From an uncultured Gemmatimonadaceae bacterium (GTDB lineage Bacteria > Latescibacterota > UBA2968 > UBA8231), in NCBI GenBank assembly GCA_964512165.1, contig CAZEHQ010000003.1, positions 545 through 64,544 of the forward strand: DNA of 64,000 bases. Reading direction: 5' to 3'. Under the pieces are notes generated by a model that saw only the letters and a list, made by a program, of their open reading frames with translations, did not search any database and was not told the origin of the DNA. Position numbers and translations under genes: made by a program. Below are positions 46,514 through 55,900 of this stretch, one piece after another. The first letter of the stretch is position 1. Each line of letters opens with the position of its first letter.

Positions 46514-48477
46514 GCGAGGGCGCCGGCCAGGCGCCCGCACGCGCCCCGCCCCGCCGCCCGAGGACCCTGGCCCTCGGCCTCACCGGCTGCCTGTGCATCG
46601 GCCTCGGCACCCAGCTCGGGGAGATGATCACCGGCGGGTCGCGCATGGCCAGCGGTTTCACCACCGGGGCGGCCCTCGTCCTGCTCTTCCTGATCGCCGG
46701 CGGCCTCAACCCCGCTCTGAAGCTCCTGCGTCCGGCCTGGGCCCTGCGCCGCGGCGAGCTGATGGTGGCCCACGGCATGATGATGGTCGCCTGCGCCCTG
46801 CCCACCACCGGGCTGGTGGCCTACCACCTGCCGATCCTGATCCTCGGCTTCTACTACGCCACCCCCGAGAACGAGTGGGCCAAGGTGATCCTGCCCCACG
46901 TCCCGGAGTGGATGGCTCCCCGGGACCCGGGGGCGATCCGCTACTTCTTCGAGGGGCTGCCCGAAGGGGAGGCGATCCCCTGGGACGCCTGGGTCCTGCC
47001 CCTGGCCTGCTGGGCCGCCTTCTTCGCCGCCCTCTACCTGGTGATGATCTCGGTGGCGGTCATCCTGCGCCGCCAGTGGATGGAGGCGGAGCACCTCGTC
47101 TACCCGGTGGCCCAGGTGCCCCTGGCCATGGCCCGCGAGGAGCCGGGCTCGGCGGTGAACCCCTTCTTCAGGAGCTGGCTCATGTGGCTGGGCTTCTCCC
47201 TGCCCGTGCTGCTCACGACCACCGAGGCCCTGCACCAGTACGACCCCTCCTTCCCCTCGGCGCGGGGCCTCCTCTACCCGGGCACGAGCCTGTCGATCCT
47301 GCGGAACACCACCGCCGTCGGCTTCCTCCTCAGCTTCCCGATCCTGGGGTTCTCGTACCTGGTCCGCCTCGACATCGCCTTCGGCCTGTGGTTCTTCAAC
47401 CTCCTGGCCAAGCTCCTGCTGGGGGTCTTCCGGGTCACCGGCATCCACAGCACCGAGCACCTCGACTTCGCCGCCAACTCGCCGATCCTGGCGCACCAGG
47501 GGATGGGGGCGATGATCGTCCTCGTCCTCGGCGGGTTGTGGCTCGCCCGGGGCCACCTGAAGGGCGTGCTGCGGTTGGCCCTCGGCCGCCGCGGGGGGGC
47601 GGACGACAGCGGCGAGATCATGTCGTACCGGGCTGCCCTGCTTTCCACCTTGGGCGGCTCCGCCTTCATGCTCCTCTTCCTCCGCGCCGGCGGCCTGCCC
47701 CTGTGGGCGGGGGCGACGATGCTGGTCATCGCCTTGATCCTCTTCGTCGGCATCACGCGCATCGTCGTCGAAGGGGGGATGGCCTCGTGCCGGGCGCCGC
47801 TCATCGCCCCCAACTTCGTGGTCTCGGGGATGGGGACCGGCGCCGTGGGGGCGCGGGGCCTGACCACCCTGGCCTACACCTACGGCTGGACCGGCGATAT
47901 CCGCACCTTCGTCATGGCCTCGGCGGCCCACGCCCTCAAGCTGCTCGACGAGGTGCGGGAGTCCGGCGGGCGCCGCTGGGTCTTCTGGTGCCTGGCCGCG
48001 GCCGTGGCGGTGACCACCTCGGCCTCGTGCTGGATCATGCTTACCCTCGCCTACGAGTACGGGGGCACCAACCTCAACGCCGGTTACTTCCAGCACATCA
48101 CCATGATCCCCATCCGCTACCTGGACTTCTATCTGAAGAACCCCGCGCCCCCCAACTGGGACGGCTGGATGCACACCGGCCTCGGCGCCGGGGTGATGGC
48201 GGTGCTCATGTTCGTGCGCCAGCGCTTCCTGTGGTGGCCGCTGCACCCCCTGGGGCTGCCGATCAGCGCCACCCGGATCATGGACCTGGTCTGGTTCAGC
48301 GTCTTCCTGGCCTGGCTCGCCAAGCTGACCATCCTCAGGTACGGCGGCCCCCGGCTGTTCCTGCGGCTGCGCCCGTTCTTCCTGGGCATGATCCTGGGGC
48401 AGTTCGTGGTCGCCGGCGTGTGGATCGTCATCGACTACCTTACCGGCATGAGAGACAACATGGTCTTCGTCATCTGA
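46510..48477 (+). CDS. Polytopic membrane protein (~655 aa, more than 12 TM), unnamed family, paralog A
   Basis: ATGA overlap with the upstream gene. Shares long collinear blocks with 60234..62207(-): LRRGEL, YYATPENxW, PHxPEWM, ILRRQWxxxExLxxPxAQVP, ILGFSYL, SYRAAL, LWWPLHPxG, FLGMxLGQ. Confidence 0.8.
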   Translation: MSEGAGQAPARAPPRRPRTLALGLTGCLCIGLGTQLGEMITGGSRMASGFTTGAALVLLFLIAGGLNPALKLLRPAWALRRGELMVAHGMMMVACALPTTGLVAYHLPILILGFYYATPENEWAKVILPHVPEWMAPRDPGAIRYFFEGLPEGEAIPWDAWVLPLACWAAFFAALYLVMISVAVILRRQWMEAEHLVYPVAQVPLAMAREEPGSAVNPFFRSWLMWLGFSLPVLLTTTEALHQYDPSFPSARGLLYPGTSLSILRNTTAVGFLLSFPILGFSYLVRLDIAFGLWFFNLLAKLLLGVFRVTGIHSTEHLDFAANSPILAHQGMGAMIVLVLGGLWLARGHLKGVLRLALGRRGGADDSGEIMSYRAALLSTLGGSAFMLLFLRAGGLPLWAGATMLVIALILFVGITRIVVEGGMASCRAPLIAPNFVVSGMGTGAVGARGLTTLAYTYGWTGDIRTFVMASAAHALKLLDEVRESGGRRWVFWCLAAAVAVTTSASCWIMLTLAYEYGGTNLNAGYFQHITMIPIRYLDFYLKNPAPPNWDGWMHTGLGAGVMAVLMFVRQRFLWWPLHPLGLPISATRIMDLVWFSVFLAWLAKLTILRYGGPRLFLRLRPFFLGMILGQFVVAGVWIVIDYLTGMRDNMVFVI

Positions 48478-48489
48478 CGGGAGAGGCGA

Positions 48490-49260
48490 ATGGAGCGGAT
48501 CGATTTCCAGAGCTGGATGCCCGGCGCCTTCGACGGAAAGCCCTTCGGCCCGGGGGAGCTGGAGGCGTTGGAGGAGGAGGCCGGCGTCGGGCGCTGCGTC
48601 GTCATGCCCGGGGCGGAGGACCGGCCCGAAAACGACGGTCTGGCCACCCGCATCGAGGGCCGGCCCCGCATGGTCGGGTGCGCCGCCGTGAACCCGCTCC
48701 TCGGGGCGGAGGCGGTGGAGGAGCTGGAGCGGGCCGTCCGGCAGCTCGGCTTCCGGGGGCTGCGCCTGTTCCCGGCGGACCACGGATTCCCCATGGACGG
48801 CGGGGCCGTCGATCCGGTGCTGGACAAGGCCCGGGAGCTGGGCGTGCCCGTCACCGTGGACGGGTGCCGGGAGCACTGCGAGCCCGCCCGCATCGCCGCC
48901 GCGGCGGAGAGGTTCCCCGAGGTGCCCTTCATCGTCGACGTGGGATTCCGCCCGAGCGCGCCTCCGGCGTCGATGGGAGTGCCCCTGCCCCCGGAGGGGC
49001 GCATCGCCGAGACCGCCAGGGAGGTCCCCAACGTCTACCTGGGGCTCACCGCCATGGCGGCGGTGGAGCTCTACTGCATCAAGCGCCTCATGGGGGTCTG
49101 CGGGCCGGAGAAGCTGGTCTTCGGCTCCAACGCCCCCTGGGGCCTGCCCCGCCTCGCGGTGCGCGGCTTCCGCCTGGTCCGCCTGCCGCGCCACCAGGAG
49201 GAGGCGGTCCTCGGCGGCACCCTGGCCGCCCTCTACCGGCTGACAGGAGGTGAGGCGTGA
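48490..49260 (+). CDS. Amidohydrolase-fold (amidohydrolase_2-like) protein without an N-terminal HxH
   Basis: FRGLRLFPADHGFPMDGGAVDPVLDKARELGVPVTV...LVFGSNAPWG is TIM-barrel metal-hydrolase-like. First strand reads IDFQSW where HxH is expected. Confidence 0.65.
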   Translation: MERIDFQSWMPGAFDGKPFGPGELEALEEEAGVGRCVVMPGAEDRPENDGLATRIEGRPRMVGCAAVNPLLGAEAVEELERAVRQLGFRGLRLFPADHGFPMDGGAVDPVLDKARELGVPVTVDGCREHCEPARIAAAAERFPEVPFIVDVGFRPSAPPASMGVPLPPEGRIAETAREVPNVYLGLTAMAAVELYCIKRLMGVCGPEKLVFGSNAPWGLPRLAVRGFRLVRLPRHQEEAVLGGTLAALYRLTGGEA

Positions 49261-50003
49261 GGATCTTCGACTGCGAGGCCTACCTGCCCAACAGCGGCAA
49301 CCCGTACCTGTGCGGCGACTCCTTCGAGCCGGCCGACCTGATCCGCCTCGTGGACGAGGTCGACACCGAGGCCGTCCTGACCATCCCCGCCCCCGAGGCG
49401 CCCCTGGAGGGGTCGGGATGGGAGCAGACCAACAACCGCACCCTGAAGCGGGCCATGGACGAGTACCCCGGCCGCCTGCTCGGCTGCTGCGTCGTCCGGC
49501 CTGCCGACGGCCACGCGGCCGTGGACGAGTTCGTGATCACGGTGAAGGAGTGGGGGTTCTCGGGCCTGAAGTACGCCCCGGGCCTGGAGGGCACGGCGGC
49601 GGACCTCGCCAGGGCCGCGGAGGAGATGGAGGTCCCCGTCACCATCCACACCAACGGATCGGCCGTGCTCTACGAGCGCATCGCGGCCCTGGCCCGCCGC
49701 CATCCCCGCCTGGAGATGGTCCTGGAGCACATGGGGTACCGCTTCAACGTGGACCTGGCCATCGACCTGGCCCGCCGCTTCGCCAACGTCCACCTCGCCC
49801 CCACCGTAACCGCGGCGGCCGAGCCCCTCGCCGTGAGGAAGGCGGTCGACGAGGTGGGGGCGGAACGGGTCGTCTTCGGGTCCAACGCGCCCTGGGTCGT
49901 GCCCGCCCTCGGCGTCGAGGGGATCCGCAGCCTCGGACTGGGTGAGGCCGCCGAGGAGCTGATCTTCCGCGAGAACTTCCGGAGGATCTACCGGCTGGCC
50001 TGA
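49257..50003 (+). CDS. Amidohydrolase-fold (amidohydrolase_2-like) protein without an N-terminal HxH
   Basis: GTGA overlap with the upstream gene. GFSGLKYAPGLEG...AEEMEVPVTIHTN...LEMVLEHMGY...VVFGSNAPW...LIFRENFRRIY. First strand reads FDCEAY. Confidence 0.7.
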   Translation: MRIFDCEAYLPNSGNPYLCGDSFEPADLIRLVDEVDTEAVLTIPAPEAPLEGSGWEQTNNRTLKRAMDEYPGRLLGCCVVRPADGHAAVDEFVITVKEWGFSGLKYAPGLEGTAADLARAAEEMEVPVTIHTNGSAVLYERIAALARRHPRLEMVLEHMGYRFNVDLAIDLARRFANVHLAPTVTAAAEPLAVRKAVDEVGAERVVFGSNAPWVVPALGVEGIRSLGLGEAAEELIFRENFRRIYRLA

Positions 50004-50018
50004 GGCCGGGTCCCGCGT

Positions 50019-50105
50019 CCTGCTCGAAGCCCGGCAGCCGCGAGGCGTTGTCGCGGATCACGTCCTCCACCTGCCGGTCGGGGGGCAGGCCCTCTTGAGC
50101 GAGAG
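50019..50105 (-). pseudogene. Fragment of an amidohydrolase gene 3' end (paralog of 51534..52532)
   Basis: 50041-50081 matches 51555-51595 at about 36 of 41 positions by eye (cgNggcgttgtcgNgga..acgtcctccacctgccggtcgg). It encodes ...DRQVEDVIRDNASRLPGFE versus DRQVEDVFHDNAARLLGFE-stop in the intact gene. The stop codon has changed to CAG and the upstream frame is broken. Confidence 0.55.
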
Positions 50106-50110
50106 CAGCA

Positions 50111-50175
50111 GCGCGGAGCGTTCACGGTGTCCTCGATGGACGGCCCGCGATAAGGAGCAGGCGCGGAGCGTTCAC
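50111..50175. repeat. Perfect 15-nt direct repeat, 50 bp apart, spanning the sulfatase stop codon
   Basis: GCGCGGAGCGTTCAC occurs at 50111-50125 and 50161-50175. The second copy contains the TCA (TGA on the minus strand) stop of 50172..51524. Confidence 0.7.
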
Positions 50176-51524
50176 TGGGAGTTCCCGCCCACCGCCGCGA
50201 GCTGGTCCTCGATGAACGCCTCGGCGCGCGCGTTCTCGGCTTCCGGGTCGCAGATCCCGCGCAGCTCCGCCTCCAGGCCGCGGGCGACGGCGGGTTCCGT
50301 CGCGCAGCGGTCTTCCAGCTCGCCCGGGTCGTCGAGCACGTGGAACAGCTGATGGGGGGCCTCCACGTGGTAGATCAGCTTCCACGGCCCGCGGCGGATC
50401 ATGAAGCTGCTCGCCCTTGTGCCGTGGCCGTGGTACTCGCTGAAGACGGGGCGGGTGTCGTCGTGGTCGGCGACCTCCTGCAGCGGCTCCCCGTGCCGGT
50501 CCCCGGGCATGACCACCCCGGCGCTGGCGAAGAGGCTCGCCTGCAGGTCCATCAGGCTCACCGGGGTGCTCACGCGGCCCCGGCCGTCGAAGTCCGGCCC
50601 CGCCGCGATGAGCGGCACCCGCACCGAGTCCTCGTAGAGCGAGCACTTCCACCACATGCCGAAGCGCCCGAGCATCTCCCCGTGGTCGGAGCAGTAGACC
50701 AGGTTCGTCGTCCCCCGGAGGCCGGCGGCCTGAAGCGCCTCCCGCAGCCGGCCGAGCTGCTGGTCCACCCAGTCGACGCAGGCCAGGTAGCCCCGCCGCA
50801 GGCCTCTCGTCTGGGCCTCGGTGAATCCCTCGGTCTGGAAGTGGGCCCGCAGGTCCGCGGCCCTCGGGTGCCGGGCCGTGGGGTGCTCCGGACCGTGCTC
50901 GGGCAGGTCGCCGCAGCCGGCGTACTTGTCCCACAACTCCGGAGTCGCCACGTGAGGGAAGTGAGGCGGCCCCACGCTGACGAACAGGACCCAGGGCCGG
51001 CCCAGGGCCGGGGCCGTGTCCCGGAGCCAGTCGACGGCCTCGCCCACAACCCTCCCGGGTCCGGCGAAGGCGCCCGGCCTCTCGCCGTACCCGTCGGCCC
51101 GCTTGCCGGCCCCCTCGCGGATCGCCAGCGGGTTTCGGCGGCACTCCCGATCCCCTGGCGGGCGGCGGTCCGAGGGGCGCACCACCTCGCTGTACCCCAG
51201 CTCGCCCACCGGCCGCCACAGGTCCGCCTTGCCCATGTGCACGGTATGCACGCCGTGCTGGCGCAGGATGCTGCCGAAGCTGGTCAGCCCCTCCGGCAGG
51301 TTGACGTTGCAGTTGTTGTAGCAGCGGCTCTCGTGGACGCGGCGGCCGCTGTGGAAGGCGGACCGCGCCGGCAGGCACAGGGGCGAGGGGGTGTAGGCGT
51401 GCTCGAAGAGGGCGCCCTCCCCGGCCAGGGCCCGCATGTGCGGCGTCTCGACCACCTCATGTCCGTACGGCTCGCTGCAGAGCGGGTTGTGCTCGTCGGA
51501 CATGAAGACGACGGTGTTCGGCAT
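50172..51524 (-). CDS. Sulfatase (formylglycine-dependent type) with no signal peptide
   Basis: MPNTVVFMSDEHNP... and the sulfatase signature SPLCLPARSAFHSGR (C-x-P-x-R). Confidence 0.85.
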   Translation of the reverse strand: MPNTVVFMSDEHNPLCSEPYGHEVVETPHMRALAGEGALFEHAYTPSPLCLPARSAFHSGRRVHESRCYNNCNVNLPEGLTSFGSILRQHGVHTVHMGKADLWRPVGELGYSEVVRPSDRRPPGDRECRRNPLAIREGAGKRADGYGERPGAFAGPGRVVGEAVDWLRDTAPALGRPWVLFVSVGPPHFPHVATPELWDKYAGCGDLPEHGPEHPTARHPRAADLRAHFQTEGFTEAQTRGLRRGYLACVDWVDQQLGRLREALQAAGLRGTTNLVYCSDHGEMLGRFGMWWKCSLYEDSVRVPLIAAGPDFDGRGRVSTPVSLMDLQASLFASAGVVMPGDRHGEPLQEVADHDDTRPVFSEYHGHGTRASSFMIRRGPWKLIYHVEAPHQLFHVLDDPGELEDRCATEPAVARGLEAELRGICDPEAENARAEAFIEDQLAAVGGNSQ

Positions 51525-51533
51525 GGCCTGGCG

Positions 51534-52532
51534 CTACTCGAACCCGAGCAGCCGCGCGGCGTTGTCGTGGAAGACGTCCTCCACCTGCCGGTCGGTGAGG
51601 CCCACCGCCTGGCAGGCCCACTTGAGCGAGCGCAGGTGCTCCAGGATGATGAGCACCGGGCGGATGGTGGTGTGCTTCTCCTGCCACACCGGGGCGTCGT
51701 CGTAGAGCCACAGGAAGGTGTCGGCCACGGGCACGCTGCGGCCGTGCTGGTGGCTGGCGGGTCCGAAGTCGGTGCCCATCATGAAGCGTTCGTGGCCGAT
51801 GATCCGCAGGATGGCCACGTGGGCCATGGCGTCGCAGTTGGCGCTGGAGTCGAAGTAGAGGTTGTCCAGCCCGCGCAGCGCCGGCAGGCCGTCGAAGTTG
51901 TGGGCCGGCTGGAAGCCCCGGGCCGAGTGCGCCAGGACCAGCTTCATGTCGGGATAGGTCTCGCAGTAGTGGCGGATCCAGTGCTGGTTGCCGGGGTCGG
52001 CGGCGGCGCGGCTCTTGACCATGTGGAGGGTGATGATCCAGCCCTCCTCGTGGGCCACCCGCACCACCTCCTCCGGCAGGTAGTCGGGGATGTCGGCCTC
52101 CCAAGTCGGCTTCGTCCGCGAGAAGGTGTGGTAGCACTTGAGGCCCCGCAGGCCGAGGCGCTTGCCCTGCTCGCGCACCCACTCCGGGTCGTCGCCGGGC
52201 CGGATCAGGAAGGCCCCGGCGAACCGCGGCCGCCCGGCGATCGTGTCGGAGACCCACTCGCTCTGCACCAGTGAGGTCTCCGGGTCGCGCAGGGCCACCG
52301 TCGGCAGGATCCAGGCGCCCACCTCGCGCCCCGGGAAGACCGGCTCCACCAGCTTCAGGTACTCCTCGCACCCCACGTCCTCCGGGAACCCCGGCGGCGT
52401 CATGGCCCGGTTGGACTCGCGGCTCCACAGGTGGCAGTGCATGTCGATGACGCGCTCCGGCAGGAAGGCGGCCAGCTCGCGCTCGAAGAACTCCTGGTCG
52501 TGTTCCTGGAAGGAGGCTCGGGGGTCCAGCAT
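51534..52532 (-). CDS. Amidohydrolase_2 family metal-dependent hydrolase
   Basis: VIDMHCHLW (HxH). TIM-barrel hydrolase pattern through ...LAHSARG...FDSSAN...RFMMGTDFGP. The C-terminus RQVEDVFHDNAARLLGFE is typical of the family. Confidence 0.8.
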   Translation of the reverse strand: MLDPRASFQEHDQEFFERELAAFLPERVIDMHCHLWSRESNRAMTPPGFPEDVGCEEYLKLVEPVFPGREVGAWILPTVALRDPETSLVQSEWVSDTIAGRPRFAGAFLIRPGDDPEWVREQGKRLGLRGLKCYHTFSRTKPTWEADIPDYLPEEVVRVAHEEGWIITLHMVKSRAAADPGNQHWIRHYCETYPDMKLVLAHSARGFQPAHNFDGLPALRGLDNLYFDSSANCDAMAHVAILRIIGHERFMMGTDFGPASHQHGRSVPVADTFLWLYDDAPVWQEKHTTIRPVLIILEHLRSLKWACQAVGLTDRQVEDVFHDNAARLLGFE

Positions 52533-52660
52533 GGGAGGGCGGCTCCAGGGGATGAGTGGCGGTGTTGTGGGGGGAGAAGCCTAGCGCGGGCGGGGTACCC
52601 CTGCAAAGCCCGATCCGCCGCGGCTGGCGCACCCTCGGCTACAGGGGTCGCGCTCCGGGC

Positions 52661-52830
52661 GCCTCTGCTGGGGCGCCGCTGGTGGCGCCACTTCCGGTCC
52701 CCCGCCCTTGGCGCGGGCTCGACTCTCGGTGCGCCGCTCCGCGCGGCCTCTGCTGGGGCGCCGCTGGTGGCGCCAGTTCCCGTCCCGCCGCCCTTGGCCG
52801 CGGGCTCGACTCGGAGCGCCGCCGCTCCTG
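52661..52830. repeat. Two tandem copies of an ~85-bp GC-rich intergenic repeat
   Basis: Copies start at 52661 and 52746. The first 30 nt are identical (GCCTCTGCTGGGGCGCCGCTGGTGGCGCCA) and the rest is similar with small indels. Each copy contains GGCGCC-n6-GGCGCC. A partial echo (GGCGCGCCACTTCCG) occurs near 52905. Confidence 0.7.
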
Positions 52831-52972
52831 GGCGCCATGTTCGCCGAGTCGCCGGTGGACTCCCGCAGAGAGCCGTGCTGCCGGGCTGGCGCATATTGGG
52901 CTCTCGGCGCGCCACTTCCGAACCCGGGCCTCGGGCGCCCGGCGGTCCACGTTGCCCAACCCGTGGGGACCC

Positions 52973-55900
52973 TCAACGGATCAGGACGAACTTGCGCGCC
53001 GAGACCTGCCCCGCCGTCGCCAGCCGGTAGAGGTAGGTGCCGCTGGCCAGGGGCCGTCCGCGGTCGTCGCGGCCGTCCCAGCGCAGGCGGTGGAGGCCGG
53101 CCTCGTGGTCCCCCTGGCTCAGGACCGCCACCCGCTGCCCGTTCAGGGCGAAGACCTCCAGGCGCGCCGGCCCGGATTGCAGCAGGAACCAGGAGATGAC
53201 GGTCCCGCTGTTGAAGGGGTTGGGCCAGTTCTGCTGCAGTTGCGGGCCGTCCGGCAGCCCGATCCGCTCCCGGGCCAGGGCCATCAGCTTGGCCCGCGCC
53301 GGCTGGCCGAAACTCTCGGCAAAGAGGAAGAAGTCGGCGAAGTCCACCGAGCCGCTGCCGTCCAGGTCGAAGCGGGGATCGCTGCCGCCGAAGGCCTCGG
53401 CGAAGAGGAAGAAGTCGGAGAAACCGACCTCGCCGTCGCCGTCGAAGTCGCGGGTGGCCCTGGCCGTGGCTGTGAAGAGCGCGGCCTCCAGTCCCTCGAC
53501 GGTAACCTCCACCGTGTTGGGGCCCGGGCGACCCCCCAGGGTCAAGGTGGCCGCGGCCCGTCCCCTCGAGTCGGTCGTCGCTGTCACCGTGGAGAGGGTG
53601 CCGTCGCCGCCGGTGACGGTGAAGGTGACCTCGGCCCCCTCCATCAGGTCGCCGTTCTCGTCCCTCACCTCGACCACGAGAGACTGGCCCAGAAGCGTCC
53701 CGGGCTCTCCCCCCTGGCCGTTGCCCGAGACGATCCTCATCGCATGGGGCCGGGGGTTGAGGTCCCAGAGCAGGACGGTGCCGTCCCGGGACCCGGAGGC
53801 TAGGGTGGCGCCGTCGAGGGAGAAGGCCAGGGAGTTGACATCGGCGACATGCCCCTCGAGGGCGGCGGCCCTTCGCCAGGTCTCCGTGTCCCACAGCAGC
53901 ACGGTTCCGTCCTGGGATCCGGCGGCGAGGGTGCCGCCGCCGGGGGAGAAGGCCAGGGCGTTGATATAGGGTCCCGGGAGGGTGTGGACCTCGTTCCAGG
54001 TCTTCGGGTCCAGGAGGCGGACGCCGCCAGGGGATGTGACGGCGAGGGCGGCCCCATCGGCGGAGAAGGCCACGGCGCCCGTCCCGAGATACCCCTCGAG
54101 AGTGCGGATCTCCCGGCCCGCTGCCAGGTCCCACAGTCGGGCGGTGCCGTCCCAGGAGCCGCTGGCGAGGATCGCTCCGTCAGGGGAGAAGGCCATGGAA
54201 GGGATCAGGGCGGTGTGCCCCTCGAGAGTGAGGAGGTTCCGGCGATCGCCCACGTCCCACAGCTGGATGTCGCCGTACCAGTATCCGGCGGCGAGGGCGG
54301 CGCCATCCGGCGAGAACGCCAGGGACTGGACCGAGGAAGGTCCCTCGAGGGCGCCGATGCCGCGACTGCGAGCGACATCCCACAGGGTGATCCGGTTCGC
54401 TCCCACGCCGAGGATGGAACCATCGGGCGAGAAGGCCAGCGCCAGGACGTCCCCCCTGACCTCGGGAGCGCCGGCATCCCGGCCGGTCCCGACGTCCCAC
54501 ACTCTGGCCGCGCCGGCCGAACCGATGGCGAGGGTGGCGCCGTCCGGCGCAAGGGCCACGGTGTGGACGCTCAGGCCATGCCTCCGCATCCGGGCGGCGC
54601 TCCCGGTCTCGATATCCCAGAGGAGGATGTCGTCCCACGACATGGAGGCGAGGGTGGCGCCATCGGGCGAAAGTGCCAGGGACTGAACCGGAGCGGCCGT
54701 AGCGAAGGCGGCAGCACTCGCCTCGGCGGCCAGGTCCCACAGACGGACGGTGTTGTCCCAGGAGCCGCTGGCCAGGGTGGTGCCGTCGGAGGAGAAGGCC
54801 AGGGAGGTGATCGGTTCCGTGTGGCCCGTGAGGGTGGCGAGCTCCTGACCTCGAGCCACGTCCCACAGCTTGATCGCTCTCAGGGATCCCGCGGCGAGAG
54901 TGGCACCGTCGGGCGACAGGGCGACGCGTCGTATCTCCCTCCCGTCGAAAGCGGCGGCATCGAGAGTGGTGACCCTGGTCGCCGAGGCCACCCTCCACAA
55001 GGTGACCGTGCTGCGGCCGGTGGCCACGAGGAGGGCGCCGTCCGGAGAGAAGGCCAGGGGCTCGGAGCCTCCGGAGGCCGCATTCCACAGTTCGGTCCCG
55101 CCGGCCACATCCCAGACGATGGTCCTGCTCCAGGATCTTGAGGCGAGGAGGGTGCCATCCGGGGAAAAGGCCACCGACTGGACATCTCCGTCATGCCGGT
55201 GGAGAACGGCACCCTCTCCACCGCCCGCGTCCCACGACACCACGGTGCCGTCCCGGGATCCGGCGGCGACGGTGCCATCGGGGGAGAACGCCGCGGAAGT
55301 GACCCAGGCGCCGGGGAGCAGGCGGAGGGCAACGGCCGTGGCCGGGTCATGGATCCAGGTGCCTATGCTGGTGGCCACGGCCAGCCGCCGGCCGTCGGGC
55401 GAGAACGACAGGGGCAGGCCGCTCCCCCCCAGCGCCGCTTCCATGCTGCCCCTGCCGAGACGAACCGTGGCGCGGTCCGGCAGATGCCACTTCCGGGGAT
55501 CGCCATCCCCGAGGGGGAAGTCGGGGGTCTCCACCGCCACCAGATCGAAGGTCACGGGATCGGCCGCCAGGAGCCTCGCCTCCACGGTGACGGGCCCCGG
55601 GTTGGTGCCGAGGGAGAGCAGGGCCACCGCCCGGCCGTCGGCATCGGTCTCCTTCCTCTCGACGGTGAACCTGCCATCGAGCCGGCCATCCCCCTCGGTC
55701 ACGACAAAGGTGACGGGGGCGCCCGCAATCACGTTTCCATACTGATCCCGTACTTCCACCACCAGGGGACTCTCGAGTGCGGCGCCGGCTGCGCCCTCCT
55801 GTCCGCCGCCCGAGATCTCCACCAGCTCGTGGGGTCGCGGCTCCAGCCACTCGGAGCCGTCCCACAGCTCGATCCGCTGCCATGCTCCGGAGGCCAGGGT

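Noticed and set aside
52661-52830. The 85-bp tandem repeat, considered as a mini-CRISPR array.
   Set aside because: There are only two adjacent copies with no unique spacers between them, and no cas genes in the window.
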